Assembly: GCA_048772705.1 (NCBI GenBank)
Contig: JBLWGC010000143.1
Location: 103,969 to 167,968, forward strand
Reading direction: 5' to 3'
DNA from: Leidyana gryllorum EB-2025a
Lineage: Eukaryota; Protista; Apicomplexa
Length of the DNA stretch: 64,000 bases
In this document: positions 50,726 through 59,925 of the stretch, in pieces
Layout: each line of letters begins with the position of its first letter
Numbering within the stretch: position 1 is the first letter of the stretch
Notes under the pieces: generated by a model
Databases searched by the model: none
What the model saw: the letters and a program-made list of their open reading frames with translations, nothing else
What the model was told of the DNA's origin: nothing
Position numbers and translations under genes: made by a program

Positions 50726-52164
50726 ATGACAACAACCCTCGGAACCGTCAAGGCTCTATTTGAGCAACTGAACTCTCTCTCCTCTGATCCTCTGGTCACC
50801 GGTTATCACAATAAATGGACCGCCTTTATTTCGGGCATTGAAGAAAAAGCGAACAAACAGTACGCAGCGGATGGTCATCCAGTTGTCTTCGCGTGTCAAG
50901 CCCGCAATGGGGTAAATATCTGCGCCTACAGATGGACTCCTACAAACTGTTTGATGCCCGTAACTGCTCCGTGGCCCCCGAAGACTCCGATGAACTCGTC
51001 TCAAATCAGGCACGTTGTGGCCAGTAAGACTTGGAGTCGAGTGAATTGGAACGCCGTCAAAGGGGCTCTGGTGTTTGTTCATGGCATCACCGAGCACAGT
51101 CGTTTCACTTTGCTGCGGATGAAGGAGTTGCACGCAGCTGTTGATACTGACAAGCGAAAGGAAGTATCTGTAGAGGAAATGAAGGAGCTGTCTCGTGTGG
51201 CGCGGGCTGGGGGCGTGAGCGAGGAGATCGACGGCTCTTGGCTGCACCACTTGCTGAAAGATGGATGGGTGGTGTACGCAGTGGATTTGCAAGGTCACGG
51301 ACTGTCGTCCGCATGGGAGGGGTCGCGATGCAACGTTGAACGGTTTGCAGACTACGCGGATGACATTATCCAGGTGGGTTGTCGGCGACAATTGTGTTCG
51401 GAACATGTGTGTGTAGTGGCTCCTTGCTTGGAAGGGGTACGGTGAGATCCCTTCGGAAGTGGATGTCTTCATGGCTGGTCTCTCGTTGGGCGGCTGTGTC
51501 GTGACTCGAACATGTCAAGTAGCCGCCAAGAGTGGTTTACTATCATTCGGGTCGTCAGGAGCGGAGTCTGCGGCTCGCGCGCGCATACGCGGTCTCGTAT
51601 TATTCTGTCCTGCTATATCTGCCGAACGTCTCAAAAAGAAGACAGCGAACCGGATTGTGTTGCCGATTGGCAAATGGCTTTCAGAGAAGTCGCCCAAGAT
51701 TTGCATAGGAACATTAGTAAGTGTTGAGATCAGGATCGGCTGCATGCACAATGACATCAGGAACGCAACCGCAAGTTCCCGTATGTGAACGATGTTGTGG
51801 AGGGCGATGTGTTGGTTTACACATCCGCCATTCCTACACGTCTTGGCTATGAAAGTGTACAAGAGATGGATCACATCTGGCCCGATATTGAGTATGTGCA
51901 TCATGACCTACCGGTCCTACTGATACAATCATTAAACGACACAATGACTGATCCTGAAGGGAGCAAGCGCTTCATTGAACTTATAAGCTGTACGTCCGTT
52001 GTTGCTTCGATGGGTTTTGACCGGTTATGTTACTTTCAGCGAAAGAAAAGGAGACGCACTTCCTCGATTACGGCTGGCATTTTCTGTCGAAGGAACCAGG
52101 CGCCACTCACACCATCCAATTCGCAATTCAGTGGATGGGTCGCAAACGTACAATTCTTTTTTGA
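50726..52164 (+). CDS. Alpha/beta hydrolase, monoglyceride lipase/lysophospholipase (PST-A-like); exons 50726-51373, 51417-51716, 51761-51989, 52040-52164
   Basis: VFVHGITEH, DLQGHGLS, nucleophile GLSLGG, QSLND, GWHFLSKEPG. Introns of 43, 44 and 50 nt splice in frame. Confidence 0.88.
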
Positions 52165-52176
52165 TTTTTGCTTCAA

Positions 52177-52908
52177 ATGAGAACACCAAAAGTTGAGTTC
52201 ACTCCGTCGACCAAAGGCTCCCGTAGACGGGCAATCGTGCTTCTGAGTCAACTAACGCCCACGGGAGGGGAGGGTCTGATTGACTCCGCAGGAGGCAATG
52301 ATGAGTCCCCACGGAGTTATTACGTTCCAGCTGTTCTTTTACAGGCTGCTGTGGAGCACAACCGGAAACAGTTGTTGAATCAGTATTTGAAGGATGCGAA
52401 ACGAGTGTGTGGGTCTCCGGGGATGAAACTGTTCCACACTTTGGTGGCCACCGAGAACGCGGTTCCCAAAGAGATCTTGGACGAGATCCCAGAATTAGTG
52501 CGTATGGGTACCCAGGCGCTAGAGGTCAGTCTGAATAGATTGGAGTGGATGGACGAAGACATAAAGAGACGACAGGGTGTCGCGAACAAACGGCACGGTG
52601 CTATTATCAGCCACACTCGTGAAGAAGTGATGGACATAAAACGCATCCATATTGATGTTCTGGAGGAATGGGAGGATCAGAAGTTGGACCGTATCAGAGA
52701 ATGGGTCACAGAGAAACTCGCGACAGTCAAGAACGGATCGCATATTGCGGCGTTGATCCTCGCGTATAACGCAGATTTGATGCGACTCGCCCACTTCGCA
52801 AGCATGGCCGATCAAGCCGTCGCTCGCACGAACGGTAGTGAAGCCGACGTCGATCTTCTGAACTTCTTTTCGTTAAACTCGTCAAAAAAAGTCCAACAAA
52901 ACCAATGA
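52177..52908 (+). CDS. Hypothetical helical/coiled-coil protein
   Basis: 243 aa intronless ORF with a T-tract before the ATG. Confidence 0.65.
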   Translation: MRTPKVEFTPSTKGSRRRAIVLLSQLTPTGGEGLIDSAGGNDESPRSYYVPAVLLQAAVEHNRKQLLNQYLKDAKRVCGSPGMKLFHTLVATENAVPKEILDEIPELVRMGTQALEVSLNRLEWMDEDIKRRQGVANKRHGAIISHTREEVMDIKRIHIDVLEEWEDQKLDRIREWVTEKLATVKNGSHIAALILAYNADLMRLAHFASMADQAVARTNGSEADVDLLNFFSLNSSKKVQQNQ

Positions 52909-53684
52909 AGCCTCCCCGTGTAGAACACCTTTCACGGCCAAATGAGCCGTCCAACTTCATATTCATCGCCAGCCACGCGCTGACGGCACTTTTAAAGGAA
53001 TTAGTCAAGGAGGTGGGAGGGACTTACCAAACATGGGTAGAAGCCGCACAAACACTCGACGCTGAATTCACAGTCTCCGCAGACGTGGCCGAGGGACAGA
53101 TTCGTCTGCTGCCCCCGGCCACTACCCAGGAACTGGATGGGAGAGAACGGGTGCTCGAAGCCATGTATCTCGCGAGATGTGGCACGACGCTTCAGTCCCA
53201 GTTAGAAGAACGGGTCGCCGAACGCCAGCAATCCGCCTTTGGCGAGAATCCCGCAGCCGACGCTCTCTTGGAACGCTTGGTGCACGAACCCGACGCACAG
53301 GTCCTCATGGAGGCGGCCGCTCAACGACAGGAGATGTTGGACATGCTCAAGTCTGTGATAGCTGAACATGCCGTCTCCAACAACAAGTCACCGCCTTCCG
53401 AGAAAACCGCTTTGGGGGTTGTCCGTGACCTCTCAAAGGCGATATTCACTCCCTTATTCGAGGAGAAGTGCCTCGAGACGGACGGAGTCCTCGACGCCGA
53501 GAAGGTAGCAGCGATGGCTGGATCTGCTATGGTGCTCAAGTACGCCGGGGCGAGAAACCACGAATATCAGAGCTTTTTGAAGGAATCGTTGGCCGCATTG
53601 GACCCCACATTCCAGGAGTTCCTCCCAAAGCTGAAAGAGAAGCTCGAAAATGGGGAGGTCAAGGATCCTTATGACGTTGTGTGA
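52905..53684 (+). CDS. Hypothetical helical protein
   Basis: 259 aa ORF with coding-like composition; its ATG overlaps the previous TGA (ATGA). Confidence 0.7.
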   Translation: MKPPRVEHLSRPNEPSNFIFIASHALTALLKELVKEVGGTYQTWVEAAQTLDAEFTVSADVAEGQIRLLPPATTQELDGRERVLEAMYLARCGTTLQSQLEERVAERQQSAFGENPAADALLERLVHEPDAQVLMEAAAQRQEMLDMLKSVIAEHAVSNNKSPPSEKTALGVVRDLSKAIFTPLFEEKCLETDGVLDAEKVAAMAGSAMVLKYAGARNHEYQSFLKESLAALDPTFQEFLPKLKEKLENGEVKDPYDVV

Positions 53685-53702
53685 TAATGCTTTTTTCTTC
53701 CA

Positions 53703-54143
53703 ATGCCGAATGATGAATCGACTGCGTTGTTGCAACCCCTTCCCGACCCCCCTGAGACCTTCTACGAACCCACGGCCGCATCGCCTCTAGCCCGACCATC
53801 ACACCCATCCCAACCGCTCCTACCTGAGCCAGGCCGTCCTCAGGGGGAAGCTGGCACAGACTCGGAAGTGGAAGCCGACGGAAAAGAAGCCCTAGATGAA
53901 CCTATAGCTATTGTTGATGGGACGAAACTGATATTGAGGACCAGTAAGCCCCCACTCTCCATCGTCTTCCCCTCCACATCATCCTGCGTCCGTCCTTAGA
54001 GCAGCACCAGGCCTTTCAAGTCGACCACGGCTTGAAGATTATCTTCTCGTCAAACGCATTGCGCCGGATAAATCGTGGCATATCGGCATCCACCTATGTG
54101 TCTGACGCTCCTGAAACCATTGTAAGTCGTCTTTGCGCCTCGT

Positions 54144-54213
<70 letters not shown>

Positions 54214-54955
54214 CTGTTGATGGTGGTGGCGATGGCGATAAAGTGCTCGAGAATGTGGCGTGTCCCCAAATGTGTTGTTGGCAATGTCGCCTCTCATCGC
54301 GCTCCTCCCCAGACTGTGATCGACTCGGGGATGAGTTCTTGCGTTTTTGTTCCTATCGTACCGGCTCTGCACGGCGGTGTTATTTACACACGGGAGGGTC
54401 TGGCGCATGTTGTAGTGGCTGGAGCTGGGGACATCAAACGAACTCGGATCTCATCGCGCTCTCTTCCCCACAAAGTGTGCAACAAATTCGTGGCGAGCCA
54501 TCATCTGCTACTGCCCCCTTCTCAAAGATTGATGGAGAACAATCCCGGTGAGTGGTTACGGAGGGAGTGGGGCGGCTGAGAAGAGACGATGGTGTGTAGG
54601 CTTAAAGAGACGGCAAGATGATGTGGGTCCAGTCCCGTTGTTGAAACCCTGGCAACCGTGGGTTGGGGACGTTGCTGAAGACGCTACAGCCAGCGGCATC
54701 ATCTATGTCCGATTGGACCAAAGCGCTTTCCGGTTCACTATTGGTACTCCGGCGGAGCCGGATTCTCTTCCAGGTTCACTGGTACATTTCCATGAGGGGA
54801 GGACAGTAGCCTGGTCGGCTGGGGTAGATTTCAAGTTTGAAAGTTCTTGGTGTTGGAGGAAAGTTGTCGGCGCCTCAGGAAAGGGGACTATTTGGATGGA
54901 TAATCCAAAGGCGAGTACGAGCACAGCACCCAGTCAACCCTTGTTCGCTGCCTAG
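53703..54955 (+). CDS. Hypothetical multi-exon protein (Pro-rich N-terminus)
   Basis: ORF pieces 53703-53999, 54032-, 54217- and 54548-54955, separated by gtaag/gtgag donors (e.g. 54122, 54548). Exon model approximate. Confidence 0.45.
54147..54212. repeat. (TG)33 microsatellite, apparently intronic
   Basis: Perfect dinucleotide run following the gtaagt donor at 54122. Confidence 0.97.
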
Positions 54956-54962
54956 CTGAAAA

Positions 54963-55364
54963 ATGGACATCGCTGTCCGTCCCATCTTCTCATGTCTACT
55001 TGAAAAGGGCTCATCAATATGCTCATCAAGGGCCGGCGGCGATCCGCACCCCCTCCCTCTCATCCGATCCCCAATACAAAAACTCACCGATCGGGGAGTT
55101 TTTGATGATAAGAAAATCTACGCCTTGTCCACAGATGATGGGCATCGTGGGGGAGAAATGGGACAATGGGTCGAGCTCGACCCGTACATTGTTAGTGTAT
55201 CCGAGGGGCCCTTGCCATATAAGTGTAACGTTGCACACGCACAAGGGGCACTAAGTAGTGAACAGCGCGCGCCGGCGCAGCGAGCAATCAAGTATGGGGA
55301 CGCGAGTCTCCTCTCGGGTCGGCAAAATAATGGAAAACTTGTGGGGATCCCCCCTCCCCCATAG
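54963..55364 (+). CDS. Possible hypothetical protein
   Basis: 133 aa ORF starting 7 nt after the upstream stop; no recognisable motif. Confidence 0.3.
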   Translation: MDIAVRPIFSCLLEKGSSICSSRAGGDPHPLPLIRSPIQKLTDRGVFDDKKIYALSTDDGHRGGEMGQWVELDPYIVSVSEGPLPYKCNVAHAQGALSSEQRAPAQRAIKYGDASLLSGRQNNGKLVGIPPPP

Positions 55365-55908
55365 CAGCTTTCGTGCTTCCAGCACAAACAGATGTGAGTA
55401 AATACAATTGGTATGCTCGCCGACTTACGCGGCCGCGATGTTTGTTCCCGTCATTCCCGATTAAAAACTGGGGAATGATCTCCGGCCATTTAATGAGCGA
55501 GCTATAATAATAGTAGTGGTATTCGGAATATAGCAGTAGGCTCCGTCGTGAACAGTCCTCAGCTAAAACTTGTGAGGACCCGTAGAGAGAGTTGTCGGGG
55601 GGAGGGACAGTCGTCAATAGTATCAGTCAGTCGTCGAGTAGTGAAATAAAACGAATGAGTTGGCGGTTCGAGAACAACCGGTGAATAAGAAGAGTAAATG
55701 AATGAGTATCACATGATGATTAGTGGAAAGTAAGAGAGAGATACGACGAGTGAGTGCGGTAATGAGATGTGATTATTAAGTGAGTAGATCTGGAAGGCAT
55801 TAATAGCTCAAGAACGAGCGCATTCGCAAAAGTCGCAGACGCCTGTCATTGTCACGTCTCTGAGAAGAGACCAGCGCCTGCGATGACAGACGGAGACGGG
55901 CGGCCCGC

Positions 55909-56685
55909 TTACGAGGCCTCTTCGTCGCTCTCGGTATCCGTTACGATGAACAGCGCGTCTTCGCGCTCGTCCTCGAAGCTGTTGACCGCCCTGGACAACC
56001 ACCAGTCCGCATCCGAGATTGAAGACGACCCGCTGCGCACGAACAGGTCTTCATTGTCCCTATTGCGCTGGCATCGGCGTCTCCAGGCGTGTTTCAATCC
56101 TTGCAAAGTGCCTCGTGAACTGTTCCGGGGTATGGGGGAGCAGTGTGCCACCATATTATCTACACGGGGTCGGATTTTAGGCGACCCGATTGGTGCAGAC
56201 CGGCGCAAGCGCTCCCGCAGCTGCCTTCGGACATCATCAGGAATTTCAGTTGTAGTTGTTGTTGTAGCCACCGAGGGCAAGGTGTCTTGCGACACGGCCC
56301 TCTTATGCAGGGGGGTAGGTGCGTTACTATCCGCCTCGGTTGAAGCACTAATGCTGCGACAGCTCGTCAGACTCAACTGCGACTCCAAGAGCTTGCTGTA
56401 GCCCTCTGCGGAGCTCGCCATCCGCAGCGGCCTCAACGGCGAAGGTGTTTGTACCGAGCTAGAACCCCGGGAGATGGGACGCAACGGAGGGCAGCGCTTA
56501 TTGGGTGTCCGGCCCACCATCTGGATTGCATCCTTCATCAACTCGGCTTGTGCTCGGCGGAAAGCAGGAAGATCTGACTGCTGCCGACGAGCGGGCAACA
56601 TTGTCAGAGCAAGGTCAAGCTCGTGGCCCGCGACAGAAGGGCTTGAGCTGGGCCACCCGCCTCTCATATACGTACAGTCGTGCAT
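55909..56685 (-). CDS. Hypothetical disordered Ser/Arg-rich protein
   Basis: 258 aa ORF with an acidic tail, followed by an AT-richer 3' region. Confidence 0.55.
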   Translation of the reverse strand: MHDCTYMRGGWPSSSPSVAGHELDLALTMLPARRQQSDLPAFRRAQAELMKDAIQMVGRTPNKRCPPLRPISRGSSSVQTPSPLRPLRMASSAEGYSKLLESQLSLTSCRSISASTEADSNAPTPLHKRAVSQDTLPSVATTTTTTEIPDDVRRQLRERLRRSAPIGSPKIRPRVDNMVAHCSPIPRNSSRGTLQGLKHAWRRRCQRNRDNEDLFVRSGSSSISDADWWLSRAVNSFEDEREDALFIVTDTESDEEAS

Positions 56686-56978
56686 AGGTATGATATACCT
56701 TAGTTACAGAGTAGATCGGATGGATCACTCCTTCTAGTAAAAATACGGTGTTGTAATAATAAATAGCGTCTAACCGCTGTCTCTTAACCAAGTACTGCAA
56801 TCAAAGTACACGCAAATTGGTGCCTCAGTCCAAACCAGAGAATCTGCTCTTCAACCTTCTTAAACCACTCAAAGTTCGGTGCCTAATCACTCCAAGAGGC
56901 CATGTACGAGCAATAAACGTGTTGTGTCTACCTCTATAAACTTCAAATTTTTGTGAAGTCCCTTCGAGCGTTGACAGC

Positions 56979-57515
56979 ATGGCAGCCCGCACATCCAAGT
57001 CCGGTAAGCACTAATCTACCCGCTACTCTCCCAATCTCTCCCAAACAGGAGCCGCAGCCGCCAAGGCTGCGAAAGTGGCCGAAGCTACCACTGCTGGCGT
57101 TAAGGGCAAGGTCAAGAAGGCCCGCACCAGCCCCCACTTCTTCCGTCCCAAGACTCTGACTCACAACCGCTCTCCCAAGGCCCCCACTCACCTCGTTGCC
57201 AAGCACCGCAAGGTCGATGACTTCAGAATATTGGTCAAGCCCCTGACTTCCGAGTCTGCCTTGAAGAAGGTTGAGATGCACAACACCCTCGTCTTCGAGT
57301 GTGATATCAAGTAAGTTTCCCCACACACCTCCACAATCTACGCCTCGATCAGTGCCACCAAGAACCAGATCCGCGCTGCTGTCACCCGTGTGCACAACGT
57401 TAAAGTGGTCAAGGTCAACACCCTCATCACTCCCGCTTGCAAGAAGAAGGCTTTCGTTCGCCTCGCCAAGGAGCACGACGCTCTCGAGTTGGCCAACAAG
57501 ATCGGTGTGCTTTGA
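56979..57515 (+). CDS. RPL23A: 60S ribosomal protein L23a (uL23); exons 56979-57003, 57049-57310, 57353-57515
   Basis: RTSPHFFRPKTL, PLTSESALKKVEMHNTLVF, ATKNQI, KVNTLI...KKAFVRL...ALELANKIG. Introns of 45 and 42 nt. Confidence 0.97.
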
Positions 57516-57896
57516 GCTGTGTGACCGGTTGTTTTTGGGTGTTGGGTGCTGTATTATCGCTCAAGGAACTGATCAGTGCAGTCTGCAAATACAAATATCA
57601 CATCGCTCCTGAGCCCACTCGCACCCTACCGAAAGGACGAGAGGAGCTCGTGGCCCCGGACCGGACATCGTAAACACTATCATCTCTTCCCTAACCTTTC
57701 TGCCAATCACACCCAAGCAAATGACCATCCAGCGCTGCTTACCCCCTGAGAGGAGGAGGACTCCAGATTCCAGCCCCTCTGTGACCAACCGTAGGCCTCG
57801 AGCTGAACTGAGTGAAGGGCGGAAAGGGGCCCTCCCTCTACGCCCTACGGTCTCCGCGACGCAGGACTGCTTCTTTGTAAATCAAAAAATCGTCCC

Positions 57897-59582
57897 ATGA
57901 CGCTCGAAAGCTTCATCAATGCGACAAAGTACTCCTCTGTTGCATCCAACATTGTATTCGATCCGCATTGTGTCACTATCGCGGGCTGGAATGAGGTCAC
58001 TGGCAAGGTTGAGACAGCCGTATTGGAAGATCTGCGTTATATGTTACAGACTCAAGGAAGATGCGACCCCACCGTCAGATTACAAGCCATCCTTGTGGCT
58101 ATGATTTTGAAAACAGCCGAGCTTCTGAAGACTCCTGTGGTGCAGATTGTGCTCATGGAGACGGGAATAAGCGGTACACTGGACCAAATCGCGTTACTCG
58201 AGAAGCTGGCTGCTATAGGAGTGCAGAGAGTGTCGACGATCAGTTACGCTGTGGCTATGGGGCTTGCGCGAATGTGGATGACTCCACCGACGAGCCCCAG
58301 ACGAATTCTGAGTGGGTATCGCACAAATGATTACTTGAGTATGGCATTGCTCCATGTGGCATATCCCACAGTGGAAGGCGTCGCGATAGGGGGAGGTATG
58401 GCAGAGACAGTAATGACGGTGGTGCGACAAGACGCACTGCCTCATGGGTATCGACACATAGTAAAGCCTCTGGTGGATGCAGCAGTGTGCGAACTTGACG
58501 AGTATTTTGCCTTCCCGCTAGAAACCCATCCCAATCACCACACCGTTCGTGCGTATATTGAAGAGAGGTATTTCGACGTCCTGAAGTCATTCAATGAAGA
58601 CAGAGTGATCGACTCCATCGGTTTCGAGATGCTCGTCTATAGGAGAAAGGTGACAAGAAGTATCACTTGTGAGCATCTCGAGACGATCGCAGCGTCCGAA
58701 CAGCTCTCGACGACCTCTCCGAACGGAAAGGTCTATCAGTTTCTGTCAACTGTGCCGCCACTAGACCGCGAGTATGATGAAGCGGTCTTTCATGATCTCT
58801 TGTGCTATGATGAACCACATTTGCGTTCCACCATTTATGACGACGGGACATGTGACCCTTTGTTGGGCGCGGCGCTAATCGCTTCCTCTTTCAAAAGTGG
58901 CGTTACACTGAGGGAGGGGTGTGTCTCAGTCAGAATCGGAGTGGAGAGCTTTGGAGGGTTCATAACGACTATCATGGGAATCGGGACACCCGTTCCCACC
59001 AAGAAGGTCCTCCCGCTGTCTCGACTGCCATCACACGACGGTTCCTACCGTGTGCGAATATACGCAGGCTCTGCTCCATTGGCAGCTCAGAATCTTTTCG
59101 TTGGCGAGTTTCGCTTAAAACCGCTTGCCAACACCACCGCTACCATAGGAGACACGCATATTGTGTGGCTCACTCTCGATGCTGAAGGACAGTTGGGTAT
59201 CGAGGGAGACGAGTATGAACCAGTGGAATCTATATACTGTGACTTTGGCGAACACTGGAATGTGCAGGAACAGCTGACTCTGCTGCGCTCAAAACTGCAT
59301 CCAGATTTCGTGGGTGAAAACGGGTTTGAAAGGTGGCGGGAGTTGGAAGGTCTGTTACTGCGCACGCGTACAGCGGCCCAGTCTGCGCCCCCGGACCGTC
59401 GTGAAGAATATTTGGGCCTCGCAAGACGCATCGCCGCCCATATATCTTCTAACCTTTCTTGCCTCACCTGCGGAGAGTCCCGGATCAACAACCCCGACGC
59501 GTGCAGCACAGAGGAACCGCGTCTTTTGTATGCAGAATTAGCAGCTGATCTGGATCGTCTGAACAACAGAGTTATTTTTTGA
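57897..59582 (+). CDS. Highly divergent Hsp70-like protein (degenerate ATPase domain plus substrate-binding domain)
   Basis: IGVESFGGFITTIM..GTPVPTKK...VRIYAGSAPLAAQNLFVGEFRL...LTLDAEGQL follows the Hsp70 SBD-beta pattern; LLGAALIAS corresponds to AYGAAVQA. Confidence 0.7.
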   Translation: MTLESFINATKYSSVASNIVFDPHCVTIAGWNEVTGKVETAVLEDLRYMLQTQGRCDPTVRLQAILVAMILKTAELLKTPVVQIVLMETGISGTLDQIALLEKLAAIGVQRVSTISYAVAMGLARMWMTPPTSPRRILSGYRTNDYLSMALLHVAYPTVEGVAIGGGMAETVMTVVRQDALPHGYRHIVKPLVDAAVCELDEYFAFPLETHPNHHTVRAYIEERYFDVLKSFNEDRVIDSIGFEMLVYRRKVTRSITCEHLETIAASEQLSTTSPNGKVYQFLSTVPPLDREYDEAVFHDLLCYDEPHLRSTIYDDGTCDPLLGAALIASSFKSGVTLREGCVSVRIGVESFGGFITTIMGIGTPVPTKKVLPLSRLPSHDGSYRVRIYAGSAPLAAQNLFVGEFRLKPLANTTATIGDTHIVWLTLDAEGQLGIEGDEYEPVESIYCDFGEHWNVQEQLTLLRSKLHPDFVGENGFERWRELEGLLLRTRTAAQSAPPDRREEYLGLARRIAAHISSNLSCLTCGESRINNPDACSTEEPRLLYAELAADLDRLNNRVIF

Positions 59583-59811
59583 GGGCCGTTTCTGTGGTCC
59601 GTCATCGGGTGTGCGCGCCGCATAAATATCGTTATACACACACTTTGTCTTGGGTTGCCTTCTGCCGCGTGCTTTGTATGCAGAATCAGCAAGTGAAGTG
59701 GATCGTCTGAAGAACAGGCAGAGTATTCGACCGCCGGTTCTGTGGTCCGTCATCGGGTCTGCGTGTCGCTTATATATTGATTTATACACAATTTGGCTTG
59801 GGTCGCCTTCT
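59517..59811 (+). repeat. Diverged ~148-nt direct tandem duplication of the Hsp70-like gene's 3' end and UTR
   Basis: Copy 1 59517-59663, copy 2 59665-59811. Shared blocks tttgtatgcagaat, tggatcgtctgaa, tctgtggtccgtcatcgggt, cttgggt.gccttct. Confidence 0.9.
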
Positions 59812-59925
59812 CCCTTTTAGCTTGCTTTAGGATCACACGGAAAGTTTGAAATATCGCTCTCTGCATTTAGTCTACTGTGATGGATGTCGGGGCAAAATTC
59901 CTCCTCGCGTGCAACAAGAAAAGGA

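Noticed and set aside
54039-54551. Poly-CV / poly-HT peptides
   Set aside because: Translations of the (TG)33 microsatellite.
57700-57800. SRP RNA or RNase P/MRP assignment for the intergenic segment
   Set aside because: No proper helix-8 GNRA hairpin, and no matching CR-I/CR-V pair on either strand.
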